From Methylorubrum extorquens (GTDB lineage: Bacteria; Pseudomonadota; Alphaproteobacteria; Rhizobiales; Beijerinckiaceae), in assembly GCA_900234795.1 (NCBI GenBank), contig LT962688.1, positions 780,001 to 812,000 on the forward strand: a stretch of DNA of 32,000 nucleotides. Direction: 5' to 3'. The notes beneath the pieces are model-generated. The model saw only the letters and a program-made list of their open reading frames with translations. It searched no databases and was not told the origin of the DNA. Position numbers and translations under genes: made by a program. Shown piece by piece: positions 28,101 to 32,000 of the stretch. Position 1 is the stretch's first letter. Every line of letters begins with the position of its first letter.

Positions 28101-28612
28101 AGCACGTTGTCCGTCTCGATCTCGAACGCCTCGCGCGACTGGTTGTCGTCGAGCACGACGAAGCGGGCCGGCACGTTGGCCTCGAACGGAAACATGTGCA
28201 GCAGCCGCTCGCACAACGCGTGCAGCGTCTCGATCTTGAGGCCGCCCGGCGTTTCGACGGCGCGGGCGAACAGGCGGCGGGCCAGCCTCAGGGTGTCGCG
28301 GGCGGGCCGCTCGCCGGTGAGTTCGGTGAGTTCCGCGGTCAGCGCCGCGTCGTCCAGCGTCACCCAGCGGCCGAGGCGCTGGAACACGCGGATCGACATG
28401 TTGGCAGCCGCCGCCTTGGTGAAGGTGAGGCAGAGGATGCGGCCGGGCGGCGCGCCGTCGAGGAGCAGGCGCAGCACCCGGTCGGTGAGCACCTTGGTCT
28501 TGCCCGCGCCGGCATTGGCCGAGACCCAGGCCGAGAGGCGCGGGTCGGCGGCCCGGCGCTGGGCCGCCTTGGTCAGGTCATCGACGGTGAAGCCGGTCAG
28601 CGGGGCGTTCAC
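25169..28612 (-). CDS. addA: Double-strand break repair helicase-nuclease AddA (alphaproteobacterial type).
   Basis: Track ORF 25169..29188. The likely start is GTG 28612, overlapping the addB stop as GTGA (alternative ATG at 28642). Contains WVSANAGAGKTKVLTDR (Walker A), UvrD-like motifs (VLVDEAQDTNPQQ, VGDPKQSIYSFQGA), a C-terminal nuclease ILCDFKTGRPP, and VMTVHGAKGLEAP. Confidence 0.92.
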   Translation of the reverse strand: MNAPLTGFTVDDLTKAAQRRAADPRLSAWVSANAGAGKTKVLTDRVLRLLLDGAPPGRILCLTFTKAAAANMSIRVFQRLGRWVTLDDAALTAELTELTGERPARDTLRLARRLFARAVETPGGLKIETLHALCERLLHMFPFEANVPARFVVLDDNQSREAFEIETDNVLADAILGGNQALSDALAVVGAEASGDTLRDAIRSAMRTRALFSDHRALEPALARLPRALALPDGASVETIEAEILEGSSLGDWREIAGRLRTGKATDEKLADGLVEAHAALGAGKALAPYRSVFFTDKDEPRAAKSFGTKAVPEDIKQALLDEQARLIPLFDALRAARALTRTLGLFRLAAEIHRRVEAQKTRLGALDFDDLIHKTLDLLSRVGASWVLYKLDRGVDHVLVDEAQDTNPQQWEILRTLTAEFAAGEGARGLTRTRFAVGDPKQSIYSFQGADPREFELTRRAWGRAAEGAGHDFADVSLRLSFRTASHVLAAVDAVFGVPDHFAGLSFDAGAPGTVHASARAGVPGAVELWGIEEPAEAEEPDAWAAPVDAPEPNAPAIVVARRIARAVKTWTTKGDACGRIWRPGDVLILVRKRSAAFEEVIRAMKGLGVPVAGQDRLEVAGHIAVLDLVAVGRAGLLPADDLTLATALKTPLVGLTDDDLTRICARRPFAETLEDALTRHAQAGDGAAIRGLTALRLWIQLAAENGPFGFYAALLGPHAGRSRLVARLGGEAGDAIDVFLAQAADAENGGDAPCLDAFLADYIVRPGRGRSGLSVKRDLESGRNEVRVMTVHGAKGLEAPVVVVIDGCEPLGRNDPPLLGLDSTADGPLPPVWTGGRTQDCAATLAARSALQARAREEHNRLLYVAMTRAADHLVIAPYRGATRETPASWCEMVRIGLERGLGDGEAVETDHGPITIWRDGSTASLAAAVADTAPPEPETVPDWLFSAAAPEAEAAPPLSPSGALGAADGQRQPRRRLGDAEARRRGALVHALLEHLPRIEPARRAEAADRFARARAPTLEEAKRRDLVRAVLRLIEAPDLAPLFSDQARAEVALSGRIVVEGIERDVTGRIDRLVVEDGRVILCDFKTGRPPADDAPLPEREAAQVSLYARLAAAIWPEHAIVALLVWTSGPVVRRVEGALLGQ

Positions 28613-31600
28613 GTGGCTTCTCCTTGCCCGGCCAGCGACCATTCGAGCACGCGGGCGAGGTGATCGTACTCGTTGTAGGCGCGCTCGTATTGCGGATAGG
28701 GGCGCGACAGGTAGGCGGCCTCGCCGGTCATGTAGCGGGCGATCAATCCGCGCAGGCGCTGCCAGTGCTCCTCGACGACGGCCTCCACCGCCCGCACATC
28801 GCCGGGCGGCGGCTTGACCGGGATCGGCCGGAACGGCTCGCGCCCGCCCGAGGCGTAGACGTAGAGGAGGTCCGGCGGGGAGGCGGCCTTCAGCCCCTCG
28901 AAGGCGCCATGCATCAGCATCGCCGCCTCCAGGGTGAGCTGGGGCGAGAAACCGGCAAAGACGGTGCGGTTGCTCGGCGGCGTGCCGGTTTTGAAGTCGA
29001 CGATGCAGTAGCTGCCGTCGGCGCGGGCCTCGATCCGGTCGGCACGGGCCGAGAGCGTGAAGGTTCGCTCGCCCAGAGGAATCGTCACCTTGCCCGAGCG
29101 CTCGGCGTGGATCGTGTGCAAGCCCTGGCGCTGGCTCGCTTCCCATTCGAGGAAGGCGACCGCCATGCGCTCGTAGCGGGGAAACCACTCGGCGTAGAGC
29201 TCCGGGTACTGGTCCTGAAGCGGGCCGAAGGCGTCGAAGGCGATCGCGTAGAGCAGGGTTTCCGCGTCCGCCGGCAGCGCGCCGGGATGAGCTTGCGAGA
29301 AATCGCCGAGGACCTTGTGGATCAGGCTGCCGCGCTCGGCCGCGCCCGGCACCACGGCGATCGGCTCCAGCGCCTCCAAGCCCAGGATGTGCCGGGCGTA
29401 GATCGAGTAGGGATCGCGCACCAGCGTCTCGATCTCGGTGACGCTGAGGCGCTCCGGGAACAGAGTCGGGTCGGGCTTCGGCGCCGGGCGCTTGAGGCGC
29501 GGGGGCGGTGCCTCCTGGCCACGATCGAGCCGTGCGGCGAGCCCGCGTAGGCGCTGGCCGCGGGCGATAGCATCGGCCCAGACCGCATCGCCGCCGAAGG
29601 CGCGCAGGCGCTGGAGGAAGCGCGACGGCACGGTCGGCGAGCCCTCGCGCTTGGCCGCGCGGGTGACCACGGCGTCATGGGTGCCGAGCCCCTGCACGAA
29701 GTCGTGGGCGGCCTGTCCGATCCGCCGCTCGGGCGGGCTCAGGCCCACATCCCCGCGCATCGGCCGATTGAGGAAGGCGTCGGTGGTCTGGCGCACCGGC
29801 CAGACCGTCTCATCGAGCCCGCCCAGCACGATGCGATCGACGGAGAGCAGGCGCGCTTCGAGCGGCCCGAGGATGCGCAGGCGCGGATGCGCGCTCCGCT
29901 GCGCGCAGGCGACGGTGCGGTCGCGGGCAAGCGCGGTGAAGAAGGCGGCGTAGTCGGAGAACCGGCCCGGCAGCTCTTCTTGCTCGGCGGATTCGAGATC
30001 GTCGAACAGGCCGTCGAGCGTGTCGAGGGAGGGATCGTCGGTCTCGTCCGCGTCGCTCTCTTCGGCCCCGCCCATCATCCGCTCGCAGGCCTCGCGGTGC
30101 CCGGCGGCGAGCGCCACGAGGTTGCCGATCTCGGGCTGCAGGTCGGTGCGGAACGCATCGAGGGCGATCTCCAGCCGGTCCAGGATGTCTTCGGCGAGAT
30201 CCCAATCGACCGGCTTCAGCCGCTTCTTGGCGCGCGGCACCCGCTCGGTGGCGTTGCGTTGCAGCGCCACCGCCGCCCGCATCCCGTCGAAGCTGTTCTT
30301 CGGGATCGGGGCGGGGCCGCGCAGGCCGCCGATCTCGAGTGCCGCGGCCGCGCGCACGACCTCGCTGCGGGTGAGCCCCAGCCGCACGAAAGGGTGGGCG
30401 AGAAGCGCGATGACGCGGGCCGGCGCCACCTCGGCGGCGAGTTCGGCGACGAGCCGGGCGAAGCGCCCGGCCTGCGAGCGCGCCAGGCTCAAGCCCGCCG
30501 AATCCTCGGCCGCGATGCCCCAGCGGGCGAGTTCGGCCGAGACGCGCAGGGCCAGCCCGCGGTCGGGCGTGACGAGGGCCGCGGTGGCGCCGGGCGTCTC
30601 CAGCGTCTCGCGCAGGGCGAGCGCGGCGACCAGCGCCTCCTCGCGCTCGTCCGCCGCCTCGACCACGGCAAGGCCCGCCATGCCCTCCCGTGCGAGGGTC
30701 ATCCGCTCGGCCGCGTCGAGGCCGGCCCAGGCATCGGTGGTCTCGGCCGGGCGCAGGGCCTGCGACAGCAGCTTTTCCCGCGCCACCGCGTCGGGCGAGA
30801 GATCTCCGAGCGTCTCGACATCCCTGCGCTCGACGGCAAAACCCCTCGGTCCGGTCAGCGCCCGAAGGATCGCCTGCGGATGGCCGTGGGCGATCTCGTC
30901 GTGCTTGCCGCCGGCGCCGTCGATCGCCTCCCAGCCCTCCGCATCGAGGTGCAGGTCGAGCCCCGGCAGCACCACCGCGCCGCGGGGCAGGCGGGCCACC
31001 GCCGCGATCAGCCGGGCGGTGGCCGGCACCGAGCCGGTGGAGCCGGCCACGATCACCGGATCGCCCGGCCGCTCGCGGAACAGCCGGTCGGCCTCAGCGA
31101 GCACGAGGCGGCGGGCGCGGGCGGTGGGGTCGGCGAGCGAGCGGGCGGCGAGGATGTCGGGCCAGTGCTCGGCGGCGATCTTCAGGAAGTCGAGGGTGAG
31201 GCGGAAATAGCGCGAATGCTCGGCCTCCACCGCCGCGGCGATCTCGCTCCAGGGCAGGCCCTCGACGGTGAGCGCGTCCATCAGCCCTTCGAGGTCGGCG
31301 GCGAGCGCCACCGCGTCGGCAGGGGAGGACGGAACGAGGAAGGGCACCTCGTCGTCGATGGGCAGGAGTTCGCGGTCCACCGTCTCCGCCCATTTCTGGA
31401 CGAGCCGGGCCAGGATCAGCCGGCGCTCCAGCGCGGGGATCGAGGGGTAGAGCAGGTCTTCCGGCGTCTCCAGCAGCGTGTTGGACGAGAGGTCGAGCTC
31501 CGCCTCGTCGGCTTCACCCAGCGGGATCATCCGCGGCAGCAGGGCCGCTCCGCCGAGGCGTTGCGCCAGCACGGTCGAGAGTGCGCGCACCGCGCGCTGC

Positions 31601-31752
31601 GTCGGCAGGTAGAGCGTCACCGAGGCGAGCGCGAAGGGATCGCCGCCGACCGCGCCGACGAGGCGGCCCGACACGAGCGCGTCCGCCAGCGTCGGCAGGA
31701 ACGGCGCACCGGGGGGAATGGTGAAGACGCGGGGGGCGGCGCTGGCGGACAT
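28609..31752 (-). CDS. addB: Double-strand break repair protein AddB (alphaproteobacterial type).
   Basis: Track ORF 28609..31860. Internal ATG at 31752 (MSASAAPRVFTIPPGAPFLPTLADAL). C-terminal PD-(D/E)xK-like CIVDFKTGTPP. Adjacent to addA and translationally coupled to it. Confidence 0.88.
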   Translation of the reverse strand: MSASAAPRVFTIPPGAPFLPTLADALVSGRLVGAVGGDPFALASVTLYLPTQRAVRALSTVLAQRLGGAALLPRMIPLGEADEAELDLSSNTLLETPEDLLYPSIPALERRLILARLVQKWAETVDRELLPIDDEVPFLVPSSPADAVALAADLEGLMDALTVEGLPWSEIAAAVEAEHSRYFRLTLDFLKIAAEHWPDILAARSLADPTARARRLVLAEADRLFRERPGDPVIVAGSTGSVPATARLIAAVARLPRGAVVLPGLDLHLDAEGWEAIDGAGGKHDEIAHGHPQAILRALTGPRGFAVERRDVETLGDLSPDAVAREKLLSQALRPAETTDAWAGLDAAERMTLAREGMAGLAVVEAADEREEALVAALALRETLETPGATAALVTPDRGLALRVSAELARWGIAAEDSAGLSLARSQAGRFARLVAELAAEVAPARVIALLAHPFVRLGLTRSEVVRAAAALEIGGLRGPAPIPKNSFDGMRAAVALQRNATERVPRAKKRLKPVDWDLAEDILDRLEIALDAFRTDLQPEIGNLVALAAGHREACERMMGGAEESDADETDDPSLDTLDGLFDDLESAEQEELPGRFSDYAAFFTALARDRTVACAQRSAHPRLRILGPLEARLLSVDRIVLGGLDETVWPVRQTTDAFLNRPMRGDVGLSPPERRIGQAAHDFVQGLGTHDAVVTRAAKREGSPTVPSRFLQRLRAFGGDAVWADAIARGQRLRGLAARLDRGQEAPPPRLKRPAPKPDPTLFPERLSVTEIETLVRDPYSIYARHILGLEALEPIAVVPGAAERGSLIHKVLGDFSQAHPGALPADAETLLYAIAFDAFGPLQDQYPELYAEWFPRYERMAVAFLEWEASQRQGLHTIHAERSGKVTIPLGERTFTLSARADRIEARADGSYCIVDFKTGTPPSNRTVFAGFSPQLTLEAAMLMHGAFEGLKAASPPDLLYVYASGGREPFRPIPVKPPPGDVRAVEAVVEEHWQRLRGLIARYMTGEAAYLSRPYPQYERAYNEYDHLARVLEWSLAGQGEAT

Positions 31753-31861
31753 GCTCGACGGTTTGAACCTGACGCTCTGCGGTCGTGACCGACCACCTGA
31801 GGGCAAGATGGTGAAGGCTTTCGAAAAGAGGCAGGGGCCGGTCCCGGCTGCTCCGCCCACC

Positions 31862-31876
31862 GTTCGATCTTTGTTC
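31862..31876 (-). promoter_or_regulatory. Candidate LexA (SOS) box of the alphaproteobacterial GTTC-N7-GTTC / GAAC-N7-GAAC type, upstream of addB.
   Basis: Exact GTTCgatctttGTTC on the + strand, which reads GAACaaagatcGAAC on the gene strand. It lies 110-124 nt upstream of the addB ATG, inside a ~240-bp non-coding stretch. Confidence 0.4.
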
Positions 31877-32000
31877 TAGCATGCAACAGCGATTTGTGGA
31901 GGGCTGCCTGTTCGTCACACCAGGCTTGGCTTATCTCCTGCGCCGTTCCCGGACAGGGCAGCGCAGCAGGCGGACCGGTGGAAGAAGTCCTCACTCGATG

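Overview
This window is high-GC DNA, roughly 70% by eye, with very strong third-position GC bias. The gene order looks like chromosomal core from an alphaproteobacterium. A Methylobacterium-like Rhizobiales origin is my inference, not a search result. I support about 22 protein-coding genes. In order they are:
- a partial membrane protein
- a large ABC-like TMD-NBD gene broken into three reading frames
- an L,D-transpeptidase
- an MBL-fold hydrolase
- an APC amino-acid permease
- TenA
- a NarL/LuxR-type two-component pair
- an Ala/Pro-rich repeat protein
- a DEAD-box helicase
- an FkbM-family methyltransferase on a low-GC islet
- an HD-GYP protein with a degenerate receiver
- HIT, NudC, TrpA, AccD and FolC
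- an Omp25/31-like porin with an in-frame TAG
- thioredoxin
- a PQQ-dependent sugar dehydrogenase
- AddA and AddB

I found no rRNA, tRNA, CRISPR array, transposase or integrase. I also could not recognise a convincing new multi-gene system such as a defence island, a RiPP cluster or a secretion system.

The items most worth a second look are:
1. The ABC-like gene, which has two single-C insertions and non-canonical ATPase motifs.
2. The porin, whose conserved C-terminal beta-signal lies behind an amber codon.
3. The compositionally foreign FkbM islet, whose upstream region carries 21-bp tandem repeats and a possible 35-codon leader ORF.
4. An exact GTTC-N7-GTTC (alphaproteobacterial LexA-type) box upstream of addBA.
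5. An HK-RR-tenA-permease co-linear cluster with no THI-box.

The many long Arg/Gly/Pro-rich ORFs antisense to real genes are high-GC artefacts. The supplied ORF track uses alternative start codons, so several true starts are internal to the listed ORFs.
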